Shown: positions 1-9,095 of the stretch, one piece after another | Numbering within the stretch: position 1 is the stretch's first letter | Layout: each line of letters starts with the position of its first letter | From: Candidatus Poribacteria bacterium | Lineage (GTDB): Bacteria; Poribacteria; WGA-4E; WGA-3G | Direction: 5' to 3' | DNA length: 64,000 bases | Assembly (NCBI GenBank): GCA_965214095.1 | Contig: OZ243938.1 | Coordinates: 5,024,001-5,088,000 of the forward strand | Notes under the pieces: model-generated | What the model saw: the letters and a program-made list of their open reading frames with translations, nothing else | Database searches by the model: none | What the model was told of the DNA's origin: nothing | Made by a program: the position numbers and the translations under genes

Positions 1-357
1 TCCTAACCGAAGTGTTGTCAATGCAGTCAGACCTTTAAAGATGCCATCTGGTAAACTGCTGAGTTCGTTGTTGTATAAATTAAGATTCGTTAGTCCGGTC
101 ATCCCAGAAAAATCTCCGGATTTCAAGCTTGTTATACCTTTAGCTCGAAGATTTAGACTGGTTATCGCAGCCAACCGAGTATCTGTAACATCCGCAGCAG
201 AATTCACATCCGCTGCAGCGATTATCGCACTTTGTATCTGTGTAGTCCGTTCACTAACTGGTGTAATATCTGCAGAACATATTACACTTATGCTAAGAAT
301 AGTGATAGACAAAAATATGGATAGGACATATCTGCATACTCCAAGTTTCATGTTCAT
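1..357 (-). CDS. Secreted leucine-rich-repeat protein, N-terminal part (runs off window start; not in ORF track)
   Basis: Manual translation from ATG at 357 (RBS GAAAGGGGAG): MNMKLGVCRYVLSIFLSITILSISVMCSADITPVSERTTQIQSAII...LAAITSLNLRAKGITSLKSGDFSGMTGLTNLNLYNNELSSLPDGIFKGLTALTTLRLG. Signal peptide plus typical-class LRR (LxxLxLxxNxLxxLPxxxFxxL). Confidence 0.9.
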   Translation of the reverse strand, partial: MNMKLGVCRYVLSIFLSITILSISVICSADITPVSERTTQIQSAIIAAADVNSAADVTDTRLAAITSLNLRAKGITSLKSGDFSGMTGLTNLNLYNNELSSLPDGIFKGLTALTTLRLG

Positions 358-517
358 AAACTCCCCTTTCATAAACATGTATATGATTTAATTATGTTAA
401 GACTATTTGAGAAAGATTATACTATATTCATTGTTATATCGTAAGATGCCGTTATCCAACTATTGACAATAACTGCATCTAGATTTTCATTTTAAATACT
501 CCTTTATCTGTTATCTG

Positions 518-614
518 TATATTATGACAAAGAGTTAACTCTTTACCATTTCAATCTTCTATATTATGACAAAATACATCTTAAATTCTATATTATGACT
601 AAAAACATCTTAAT
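518..614. repeat. Three copies of TATATTATGAC (518, 560, 589); the last two form a ~29-bp tandem repeat
   Basis: ttctatattatgacaaaatacatcttaa / ttctatattatgactaaaaacatcttaa. Confidence 0.75.
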
Positions 615-686
615 TGGTAACGCAACTATGAAGAAACGGTTACCTTTTTGCTGATTAATTCAGGGTCTCTTAGTTTTAAGGTTTCG

Positions 687-933
687 TAATTATTGAGGTT
701 AACGGACTGTTAAAACCCCGCATCGGTTCCATCACTGAATTTATTGAATATATTGATTCTTGTCTGAACCAGGATTTTCAGGATAAGAGACAGAAATATC
801 AAAATGGCATTCAAAAAATAAACGTCCCTTTGAATAGGAGCGTTGTAGGCTCAAACTCCCAATCCTGCAAATCTACTAATCCTGCAAATCCTGGTTCAGA
901 CAAATAGAAATACAAACCCATAATGAATCTAAC
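687..933. repeat. 247-bp direct repeat, copy 1 (contains a 142-bp element with TIR TGTCTGAACCAGGATTT at 761-902)
   Basis: Near-identical to 1362-1608 (offset 675). Confidence 0.95.
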
Positions 934-1363
934 TATAGTTTGGACAATTTCTCTCGGTTGCATACTGATATTTCTAACATTTTCAATATTTTGTGAGTTT
1001 TCAATAGGATAAAACTTGACGAAAAAGTGTTAGAATAACCCAAGTTGCCACCTATGTAGCATAATCTGCTAGATTGTGCCTGTGAATACGCAAACTAGCA
1101 GTGGACGCTACAAAATTTCGAGAATAATGCCTTATTATTGAATAATACGGTATCCACATGTCTAAAATCTTGTAGGTAGCAACTTAGGTTAGAATATCAA
1201 AATGAGCAGCCCCAGCGGGGCGAAATGTGTATAGCACATCGTCAACAAACGATTTATAGCCCCAGCGGGGCGACAGGTGTATCATTGAAGAAATAGGTAT
1301 GATGACTGTGATTCTCCTTGTCCAGACTATTATTCAAGTCTATAAAAAACTGTCCAAACTATA
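934..1363. mobile_element. ~430-bp MITE-like element with TIR TATAGTTTGGACA, containing REP-like palindromes
   Basis: tatagtttggaca (934-946) / tgtccaaactata (1351-1363); internal IR taacccaagttgccaccta / taggtagcaacttaggtta; AGCCCCAGCGGGGCGA at 1208 and 1258. Confidence 0.75.
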
Positions 1364-1608
1364 ATTATTGAGGGTAACTTACTGTTAAGACCCTGCATCG
1401 GTCCCATCACTGAATTTATTGAATATATTGATTCTTGTCTGAACCAGGATTTTCAGGATAAGAGACAGAAATATCAAAGTGGCATTCAAAAAATAAACGT
1501 CCCTTTGAATAGGAGCGTTGTAGGCTCAAACTCCCAATCCTGCAAATCTACTAATCCTGCAAATCCTGGTTCAGACAAATAGAAATACAAACCCATAATG
1601 AATCTAAC
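1362..1608. repeat. 247-bp direct repeat, copy 2 (TIR element at 1436-1577)
   Basis: Near-identical to 687-933. Confidence 0.95.
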
Positions 1609-1679
1609 GTTTGTGAATATTACTGATCGAAAGTCCTAAAACTAAATAACCCTGTGATTAATTGAATTAGGTAGACAAG

Positions 1680-1708
1680 AAAAAAGGCGGATGTGCAGTC
1701 CGCCTTTT
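1680..1708 (-). terminator. Rho-independent (likely bidirectional) terminator after the prenyltransferase-repeat gene
   Basis: aaaaggcgga-tgtgcag-tccgcctttt hairpin with A/T tracts on both sides, ~28 bp past the stop codon. Confidence 0.8.
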
Positions 1709-1735
1709 GAGGTGAAATATAGGTGAAATATAATT

Positions 1736-2866
1736 TTATTTCGGGTAGGCTGTATCAAGAGAGAGAATTGCGTAACTGGTTGCGAGAACAGGAAGTGCTT
1801 CCATCCAACGGCTATTTTCATTCATCCAAGAACCGTTAGGTTTCTGCACCGATATTAGTTTCGCAGCAAGTTCTTTATACCAGTCGTGTGAGACACCTTT
1901 GGCATCAACTAAGGTAACTTTTCCGTATAGTCGCAAAGCTTTTGCCATCGTATGATAGTTGTAGTATAGACCTTGTGCACCCATACCGTAGTTCTCTTCT
2001 ACGGTAAAGTGCTTTTCAATCCATTGGACAGCAGCTTTGACGCGATCATCATTTTTATCAACCTTTGCGTAGATGAAACTCAACAATCCGGCATAAGTCA
2101 TGCTGGCGTATGACCTCGGACTTCCTGCTTCATCCGTTCCTGCCTTGCTTTCTCCATCTGGCGTATAGATAAACCCGCCATCGTTGCCCGACCACGGTTG
2201 ATCGTTGCTTTCACTGCGGTTTTGCGTGCGTTCAAGGAATTTTATCGCCTTATTCCAGACTTCATCATCATCGGAACCGCTCTCTTTTAGTGCTTGGATA
2301 GCAAGATTGAGGTTTGAAAGGTCATGCACTGACTCGCGACTACCGTAACCGATTCCACCGTAATAGACACTCTCTTCATCTTGGATTTGGAGGCTTTTTA
2401 AGAAACCTTGTGCTTTATTGATGACTTTCTCATATTTCTTTGGGTTTGCAGTTGATGAAAGTGCCATCACGGATATTGCGGTGTTGTAGTTCGGTAAAGC
2501 AGGTTGTTTTGCAGCATCGTATATGGCCCCGTTTGCCTGCTGCATCGCGATTAGGCGATCAATTGCTTTTTGAATAAACGGATGTTTTTCCTCTGAGTAT
2601 TTTTTCTGTGGGTGACGTAAAAAGGCAGTGATAGCGAGCGCAGTGATACCGGGGTGTCCTTCACCTGGTGCCATTTCAAACAAGCCATCTTTTCCTTGCT
2701 GCGTTTTCAACCATTCTAATCCTTTGTCAATGCTTGCGATGACGCGTTCGTTTAATGCCTCGTATTTGTTCGATTTTGCCTCGTCGTGCGAGTCCGCACT
2801 CACATGTAGGTTGATACAGACCATTGCCAATATCAACATTATTCCGAGTATGTTTTTCAGTTTCAT
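1736..2866 (-). CDS. Secreted prenyltransferase/squalene-oxidase repeat (QW-motif alpha/alpha barrel) protein
   Basis: Start reassigned to MKLKNIL (RBS AAGAGGAG); signal peptide; repeats WLKTQQGKDG, LIAMQQANGA, LISVQKPNGSW; no DXDD cyclase motif. Confidence 0.8.
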   Translation of the reverse strand: MKLKNILGIMLILAMVCINLHVSADSHDEAKSNKYEALNERVIASIDKGLEWLKTQQGKDGLFEMAPGEGHPGITALAITAFLRHPQKKYSEEKHPFIQKAIDRLIAMQQANGAIYDAAKQPALPNYNTAISVMALSSTANPKKYEKVINKAQGFLKSLQIQDEESVYYGGIGYGSRESVHDLSNLNLAIQALKESGSDDDEVWNKAIKFLERTQNRSESNDQPWSGNDGGFIYTPDGESKAGTDEAGSPRSYASMTYAGLLSFIYAKVDKNDDRVKAAVQWIEKHFTVEENYGMGAQGLYYNYHTMAKALRLYGKVTLVDAKGVSHDWYKELAAKLISVQKPNGSWMNENSRWMEALPVLATSYAILSLDTAYPK

Positions 2867-2899
2867 GTGTTTCTCCTCTTGATATAGTGAATATAGATG

Positions 2900-2916
2900 T
2901 GCAAATTGTATGCCAA
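2900..2916 (-). promoter_or_regulatory. sigma54 (-24/-12) promoter
   Basis: TTGGCATACAATTTGCA matches TGGCAC-N5-TTGCW; ~34 bp upstream of ATG 2866. Confidence 0.8.
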
Positions 2917-2976
2917 TTACTGATAATTGTGTAAGTGTGGTGTTACTGAGTTCTATACATCTGATGCTTGGATTAT

Positions 2977-3014
2977 CTGTCACAATTTGGACAGTGATGT
3001 TCATAATTTGGACA
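2977..3014. promoter_or_regulatory. Candidate tandem enhancer-binding-protein sites (UAS)
   Basis: ctgtcacaatttggaca-gtga-tgttcataatttggaca; TGTNCA-N5-TGGACA-type palindromes 65-100 bp upstream of the -24 box. Confidence 0.55.
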
Positions 3015-3037
3015 ATTTTCCTATAGGATGAATATCC

Positions 3038-3064
3038 GAGGCGCAATGAATTGCGCGACTACGA
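3038..3064 (-). repeat. GTAG-type REP-like palindrome (GTAGTCGCGCAATTCATTGCGC family)
   Basis: Exact reverse complement of 8223-8249; degenerate copy at ~25172-25197. Confidence 0.85.
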
Positions 3065-3112
3065 ACGGTTTTCTTGCACAGTCGGGGTTGGAAACCCTTC
3101 AACAAAGGTTTA

Positions 3113-5908
3113 TCAGTATGATGAGATATCCCACAGCAGCACAGTGCCATCCAAACTTCCGCTTGCCAATGTTTTGCCATCATAACTGAACGTAACAGAG
3201 TTAATTTGAGATGCATGTCCTTTGAATTTTGCTTTTTGCGTTCCAGTTGCGATGTCCCAAAGATATACACTAAGGTCTGTAACACCTGTGACTGCGGCAA
3301 TTTTGCTACCATCCGGACTAAAGGCAACGTCCAAAATCGTTCCCCTCTCAACAGGTTTTGATCTAGTTAATGTTCCTTTTTGCTTTCTTGTGGCAACATC
3401 CCATAGATGTACTTCTTTATCAATGCCAATAGCAAGTGTGCCTTCATCTGGACTAAATGCAACACCATGTATCCATTCTTTCTTATCAGGGAATTTTGTT
3501 ATTTGAGCTGCAGTGGCAACATCCCAAAGATACATACCGTCATATCCGACACTGACAAGCATTTTTCCATCAGGACTGAAGTCTACACGTTTCACACTGT
3601 CTTGATGTCCTATGAGTGTTGCTTTTTTCTCTCCTGTTGCAACATCCCACAGAATCACTGTACCGTTTCTACAACCGCTTGCGATCATTTTTCCATCAGT
3701 ACTGAATGTTGCACTTTCTACACAATTTGAACCTTTACCTTCTGTCCTTGAATCGTGTCCCTTATATCGTGCCTTTTCCTCCCCAGTCATTGCATCAAAC
3801 AGAAATACATTTGGATGAAAACCTCCGATAACAAATGTACTTCCATCCGGGCTGAATTCAATACTTAAGGGTCTGGGAAGAGTCTTCCTGTAGACAGTCT
3901 TGTAATTATTATTCGTTTCATCCCAAGTATATAACGACCAATTATCACCACCGTGGGCAAAAGACTTTCCATCTGAACTGAACGCAACACTCCAAACTAC
4001 TCCTATATATCCAGAAATTTGTGCAGAATGTTTTCCACCGCTACTATCCCAAAGTCGAACTGTGGAATCAATGCTTCCCGATGCTATTGTATTACCATCT
4101 GGACTAAATGCAACACTTAGGACCTGTGATGTATGTCCTATAAAGGTTGCAGTGTTTTTTCCAGTTGCAATATCGTACAGAAGCAATCCTTTCCAATATC
4201 CCACTGCTATTTTTTTAGCATCTGGACTGAAAGCGAGACTGCTGAGAAATAGTGCTTCCTGGCTCCCGGCAAAGGTCAACTTTTCTTCACTTGTGCTAAC
4301 ATCCCATAGTATCACTTTACCTTTAGCATCACCACTTGCGAGGTTTTTACCATCTGGACTGAAAGTTACACTTGTAACATTACGGGCATGCCCTTCGAGT
4401 TTAGAGAGTTGGACTCCCGTTCTCACATCACATAAACAAATTAAACCGTCCCTGCCTCCGCTTGCTAAGACTACACCGTCTGGACTGATAGCAACACTTT
4501 TGACTTGGTCTGTATGTTCTTGGAGTACAAATTTGTGTGTCCCAGTACTAAGATTCCATACAATCACTATGCCATCCTCACCACCACTTACAAGGGTTTC
4601 GCCATCAGAAGTGAACGCAAGACTAAAGATTGGTCCTGTATGTCCAGTGAGGGTTGCTTCTAATGCAGTGCTGTCAACATTCCAGATATAAATGAAACCC
4701 TCCGCACCACATGCAAGGGTTTTACCGTCCGGGGTAAATGCAACAGTGTACACTGTACTTGGCTGCATAGGAAATGTTTTAATAGGGAGACCTGTTGCAA
4801 TGTCCCATAGAATTGCAGTGCCATCATTACCCCCACTTGCAAGTGTGCGTCCATCCGGACTAAATGTAACACCATTAACTGGAATCTTATGTCCCTTGAG
4901 TGCTGCCTTTGATTTTGCACCAGCAATATCCCAGAAATCGATCTTATCCTCTGTGACACTGACCAAAATGCTTCCATTTGGATTGAAAGCAATGCATTTA
5001 ACATAGTTGGGAAACCCGAATTGTCGTTCTGCTATTCTCTTGCGTGTGTTTACATCCCACAACTGCATCTCCTCATTACTCGCAAATGCAAGTGTTTCAC
5101 CATCTGGACTGAAGACTACACTGGAAACGCTCCGTGTTTTGACCTCAAGTGAGTCAATGAATGTTGTATCAAGATCGAATAACCATAATATACCACGACC
5201 TTCTTCGTTCCATCCAGCAATTGCAAGTAATTTCTTATTCGTAGGATGAAACGCAAGATCTCCTATTTTTCCTGTATATTGGGTGAGAACTTTTTTCTGT
5301 TTACCAGTATCAACATCCCAGAGATGGATGGGTCCGTTGTAATTACAACTGGCAAGTGTCTTACCATCTGAACTGAAAACGACATAATTGATTCCTTGTG
5401 TATGTCCGGTGAGAACATCCTTTTGCTTGGATTTATCAGTGTCCCATAGGATAATGTTTCCTCCCCGTGTGCTACCTGCTAATGTAGTACCATCAGGACT
5501 ATACGCAATACTCACAATATAATCCTTTTTGGTGGGGAATGTTGCTTTTTGTGTGCCATCAGCAACGTTCCATAGCACGACTTGTCCTCCGTCTGCAGAA
5601 GCAAGAGTACTACCATCCGGACTGTAAGCCATGTTTCGGATGCTTTTCTTATTTGCAGAGAGTAAAACCCGTTCTTGATGTGTATGTGCATCATATAGCC
5701 AGATGCCGATATCTGTTGCCACAGCATAAGTATTACCGTCTGGTGAATAGGCAACATTGTGGATATTACCTTTCCCGAATCGAGCTTTTGCTCCTTCGGG
5801 CAAATTCCATTGCAATGAATCTTGAGAATAAGCGTTTGGCAAACATAACGAAAAGATGAAAAGTAGTATTAGGAGATGAAAGAAATGGGGTTTCATTGGT
5901 TGCCTCAT
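3113..5908 (-). CDS. Secreted WD40-repeat protein (~20 repeats, multiple beta-propellers)
   Basis: Signal peptide followed by repeated GH...V.SVAFSPDG..LASG..DG...LWD; start may be 5896. Confidence 0.95.
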   Translation of the reverse strand: MRQPMKPHFFHLLILLFIFSLCLPNAYSQDSLQWNLPEGAKARFGKGNIHNVAYSPDGNTYAVATDIGIWLYDAHTHQERVLLSANKKSIRNMAYSPDGSTLASADGGQVVLWNVADGTQKATFPTKKDYIVSIAYSPDGTTLAGSTRGGNIILWDTDKSKQKDVLTGHTQGINYVVFSSDGKTLASCNYNGPIHLWDVDTGKQKKVLTQYTGKIGDLAFHPTNKKLLAIAGWNEEGRGILWLFDLDTTFIDSLEVKTRSVSSVVFSPDGETLAFASNEEMQLWDVNTRKRIAERQFGFPNYVKCIAFNPNGSILVSVTEDKIDFWDIAGAKSKAALKGHKIPVNGVTFSPDGRTLASGGNDGTAILWDIATGLPIKTFPMQPSTVYTVAFTPDGKTLACGAEGFIYIWNVDSTALEATLTGHTGPIFSLAFTSDGETLVSGGEDGIVIVWNLSTGTHKFVLQEHTDQVKSVAISPDGVVLASGGRDGLICLCDVRTGVQLSKLEGHARNVTSVTFSPDGKNLASGDAKGKVILWDVSTSEEKLTFAGSQEALFLSSLAFSPDAKKIAVGYWKGLLLYDIATGKNTATFIGHTSQVLSVAFSPDGNTIASGSIDSTVRLWDSSGGKHSAQISGYIGVVWSVAFSSDGKSFAHGGDNWSLYTWDETNNNYKTVYRKTLPRPLSIEFSPDGSTFVIGGFHPNVFLFDAMTGEEKARYKGHDSRTEGKGSNCVESATFSTDGKMIASGCRNGTVILWDVATGEKKATLIGHQDSVKRVDFSPDGKMLVSVGYDGMYLWDVATAAQITKFPDKKEWIHGVAFSPDEGTLAIGIDKEVHLWDVATRKQKGTLTRSKPVERGTILDVAFSPDGSKIAAVTGVTDLSVYLWDIATGTQKAKFKGHASQINSVTFSYDGKTLASGSLDGTVLLWDISSY

Positions 5909-6074
5909 TAGGTTAAAGTTGATTTGTCTAAGTTATACCATATCTATAACGTCCCATTAATTCAACAGTTTACTATAAATTCAAAATCTCATAATGAACT
6001 ATTCTCTGTTAGAAATGGTATTATCTGAGAAGTCTTATCCTGCCAATCTACTAATGTTCTGTCTACACTAATCT

Positions 6075-6158
6075 TGTAGGTCGGGTAGAGGCACGAAACC
6101 CGACATGCAGCCATTTATCATCAATAAAGTCGGGTGTCGTGCCTCTACCCGACCTACA
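6075..6158. repeat. Inverted REP doublet (GTAGGTCGGGTAGAGGCACGA family) inside a remnant of the TGTCTGAACC element
   Basis: tgtaggtcgggtagaggcacga ... tcgtgcctctacccgacctaca. Confidence 0.85.
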
Positions 6159-6242
6159 ATGTCCGAATGGACACTCCACTAATCCTGCAAATCCTGGTTC
6201 AGACATTAGCGTAGCACGGAAACCTTCCAACAAGATAATTCG

Positions 6243-7277
6243 CTAAAATTGGACTGTTTGTCCAGTTTCAGCGGATTGCATTGCTGCATCATAAACCTGC
6301 ATGACTTTTCGCATCTCTTCTGGTTTAACGACTAACTCCGCGCCTTTGTTTAGCACATCGGCAATGTTTTGGTAATAGGATTTCCAAGTGCCACGCACAC
6401 TCTCAATCACAAGTTCTCGGTTTTCACCACCTACTGCTGTCCAGACTTTTGCATAGTTTGCCGGGTCTTGTTCGGCAGCATCAATATCTCCATCACGCAT
6501 AGGTCCTTCTTGTGGATCCAAGCCGTATTTGATTAACCCACCTTCGTCTCCGACGACATACCAACGCGGTTTTTCCGCTTTAGATAGATTGCCAATCTCA
6601 ATTTGATAGCGGACATCGTCTTCAAACTTTATGATGAGGTTTGCATAGTTGCCTATGTCTGTGTCCCATTTCGTGTTGTAGTGGATGTCGCAGAAGACAG
6701 ATTCCACAGGTGCTTGTCCAAACTGCAGTGCCTGATCTACGAAATGTGCGGGCCAATCGTATAGGATACCACCACTTTGACTTTTTACACCTCGCCAACC
6801 ACCGGGTGCACCGTAACGCATTATTGCAACTTGAAAGAGATAAGGTGTTCCTAACAGACCATCGGCGATAACCTTTTTGACGGTGAGGTAATCCCAATCC
6901 CATCGGCGGTTATGGAATACACTGAGCATCACGTCATTACGTTCACTTGCTTCAATCATGGCATCGGCTTCAGCGGTGTTCATCGCCATAATTTTGTCTG
7001 TGACGAGGTTTTTGCCTGCAGAAATTGCTTTGATAGCGAGTTCTTTGTGCGTATCGTGTGGAGTTGCTAAGACAACGAGATCCACATTGTCATCAGCGAT
7101 AACTTCATCAATCGTTTGATATATCTGTGCATCTGGGTATGTCTCGCGTGCTGCCTCGCGACGTTCATCATTCCGGGTTGCAATGGCATATAGGTTTAAC
7201 CCATCTGCTAAACCGACGAGATAGGTGTGAAATGCCCGTCCTGCATATCCGTAACCAACAACTGCGGTATTTATCAT
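6243..7277 (-). CDS. Gfo/Idh/MocA family oxidoreductase
   Basis: VVGYGYAG Rossmann motif, ATPHDTH, TDKIMA, VFHNRRWD, GGILYDWPAH; start reassigned to MINTAV. Confidence 0.9.
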   Translation of the reverse strand: MINTAVVGYGYAGRAFHTYLVGLADGLNLYAIATRNDERREAARETYPDAQIYQTIDEVIADDNVDLVVLATPHDTHKELAIKAISAGKNLVTDKIMAMNTAEADAMIEASERNDVMLSVFHNRRWDWDYLTVKKVIADGLLGTPYLFQVAIMRYGAPGGWRGVKSQSGGILYDWPAHFVDQALQFGQAPVESVFCDIHYNTKWDTDIGNYANLIIKFEDDVRYQIEIGNLSKAEKPRWYVVGDEGGLIKYGLDPQEGPMRDGDIDAAEQDPANYAKVWTAVGGENRELVIESVRGTWKSYYQNIADVLNKGAELVVKPEEMRKVMQVYDAAMQSAETGQTVQF

Positions 7278-7321
7278 AAGTTCTTTTCCTGTTGGTAATA
7301 GATTATCACCAACAAATCCTT

Positions 7322-8116
7322 TCATTTTATATCGTTCAAATTCCAGTCATAATCTAAATAATGAAACTCAACATTTTCTGTTAACACAAACTCTGCATCA
7401 TCTGGTGATAGATAATCTGAGAGAAAGTCTGCAACTCCCTCATAGCCTTCTGTAAAGTCTTTTTTATACCACTTGAAGATTTTTGAAAGATAGACTCTGC
7501 GTTTATCTCGGTCTAACCTTACCTTCTCAGGGTCGGTGACAAATTTGAGTGTGACTGCATCTAATCGTTCTTCAACTGTTTCAGGTAGATAAACCGTGCT
7601 TTCAATAGGAGGACAACTAATTGATGCACACACAAGTGCGAAATGAATTCTCGGGTCAACAAATTCTTTGCGGATGATGTCGTGTTCTATATGATCAAGC
7701 GAGTATGTTTCCCCTGCTACATGAAACTTTAGACGTGAGAAAAAGCCGTTAAACAACTTCACCTTTTTCACACTCTTTATTGGATACCGGTCTATTACGC
7801 CTTTGATGATAAGGGCATTATATGCATTTATCCAAAAAGCCATTTGTGTGTTGTAGGACATTTTATCTGGTTTTGCTGTTGCTAATTGGTCTAAATACTT
7901 CTCAAATTGTTCTGGGTTTGCTTTGAGTTTTGCGTAGTCTACCCGTCCATCTTCAACGTGTTCTTGTAGAACTTGATTACATAGGTCATGAGAAAAAGGG
8001 GAGTTGGGTAGATCGGTGTTCTCACGAGAATCTACTTCAACGCGGTAGTGGTATTGAAAGATTACACTAAGTATGGATAGAAGTATTAGACTGATGATTA
8101 GAATTCGGTATTTCAT
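7322..8116 (-). CDS. DUF547 domain protein (N-terminal membrane anchor/signal)
   Basis: AFWINAYNA, DPRIHFALVCASISCP, LSKIFKWY, YDWNLN. Confidence 0.9.
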   Translation of the reverse strand: MKYRILIISLILLSILSVIFQYHYRVEVDSRENTDLPNSPFSHDLCNQVLQEHVEDGRVDYAKLKANPEQFEKYLDQLATAKPDKMSYNTQMAFWINAYNALIIKGVIDRYPIKSVKKVKLFNGFFSRLKFHVAGETYSLDHIEHDIIRKEFVDPRIHFALVCASISCPPIESTVYLPETVEERLDAVTLKFVTDPEKVRLDRDKRRVYLSKIFKWYKKDFTEGYEGVADFLSDYLSPDDAEFVLTENVEFHYLDYDWNLNDIK

Positions 8117-8222
8117 TGTAGTTTGTCCTCGTTTTCATTTTAGCATATCTTTGCATTTATTGCAGGGAAAATCCATCTGATACCACTTCTAAATAAAAAC
8201 TACTCATTATCAAAACAGACGC

Positions 8223-8249
8223 TCGTAGTCGCGCAATTCATTGCGCCTC
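8223..8249 (+). repeat. GTAG-type REP-like palindrome
   Basis: tcgtagtcgcgcaattcattgcgcctc; identical to 3038-3064 (inverted). Confidence 0.85.
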
Positions 8250-8299
8250 TTACATTCAGCAAATTGAGGATAAATCTACAAATTCCCAATGATACCTTA

Positions 8300-8503
8300 T
8301 CTATTAGAAATGGTATAATCTTTGAAACAAAGGGACAACACCTTGAAGGCAACAGCGACACTACATACAAACAAGAACTTATCAAGACATTAGAGTCAGC
8401 GTATAAAAACGCTACAGAATATGGGATGATGGAAGCTACTGATCCTAATGGCTAACCGATGTCTTTTCGCATGTTGCTCAAAGACACTTGGCGCGAGACA
8501 GTG
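8300..8503 (+). pseudogene. C-terminal fragment of a type III restriction (Res-like) endonuclease
   Basis: IIFETKGQHLEGNSDTTYKQEL (ETKG of PD-(D/E)xK domain); in-frame TAA at 8453; no N-terminus. Confidence 0.5.
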
Positions 8504-8670
8504 AGGGAGTGCTGTATTGATGCGAAGTTTGTTCCAGCGAAGAAAGGTGGTGGGTGTGTAGGTCCGACAAAATGTTGTAAAGAGACCAAACTGGTAGCGA
8601 TTACAGAAAAACGTGGTAGGTCTGTGAATATTTTAATCACAAGTGCTTCCTATCATGAAATGCGCCTTAG
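8504..8670 (+). pseudogene. IS5-family transposase fragment
   Basis: ECCIDAKFVPAKKGGGCVGPTKCCKETKLVAITEKRGRSVNILITSASYHE resembles the IS5 pattern IDG.F..AKKGG..VG.TK.GKGTK....D..G.P......AS.HE. Confidence 0.7.
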
Positions 8671-8852
8671 CAACACAGCCAGATCAGCAATAACCTCTTG
8701 TGACAACCGCATTCAACCCTCATTTTTCGCGAAGGTTTTTATTGTCATTTTTTCCAAAAACACCAAATTATAATGCAATTAATGCAAAATGTTTTTAAGG
8801 ATACTATATTTTCAACCTAACTCATAAATCGTAGACGGGCTTTCTTGCATGG

Positions 8853-8966
8853 GCACCATAGACATCAATTTAGGGGATTTACGCTATAATCTCAGACCGG
8901 TTGGTTCGGTTAGGAAACACCGAACCTACCAGCACGGGAAGGACGCTAAATTGACACCTATGGTGC
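8853..8966. mobile_element. Short MITE-like element with ~21-bp TIR enclosing a REP palindrome
   Basis: gcaccatagacatcaatttag / ctaaattgacacctatggtgc (18/21); internal ggttcggttaggaaacaccgaacctacc. Confidence 0.7.
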
Positions 8967-9095
8967 GATATAATAACCCACTGAGCATGCCCAATCCATT
9001 TTAACCTACCAATAAATTTCATTTCAAGTCAACGAAATTCTATTTTTATCGTTTCATAATGCGTAATAAACTAATACAGGAGTTATTGCACTTAA

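Larger units (their letters stand above)
661..1654. mobile_element. Composite nested MITE-like region with outer imperfect TIR of the GGTTATTTAGTTTT family
   Basis: cagggtctcttagttttaagg (661-681) vs cctaaaactaaataaccctg (1635-1654); same TIR family at 23976-24189 and 50074. Confidence 0.65.

Noticed and set aside
41-391. 116-aa plus-strand ORF, and the many short antisense ORFs within long genes
   Set aside because: Shadow ORFs of genuine opposite-strand genes (here the LRR gene).
1208-1282. AGCCCCAGCGGGGCGA repeated at 50-bp spacing as a mini-CRISPR
   Set aside because: Only two short units, inside a MITE, with no cas genes or leader; better explained as REP-like repeats.
1736-2866. Squalene-hopene/oxidosqualene cyclase
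   Set aside because: Only 376 aa (single barrel), has a signal peptide and lacks the DXDD/DCTAE motif.
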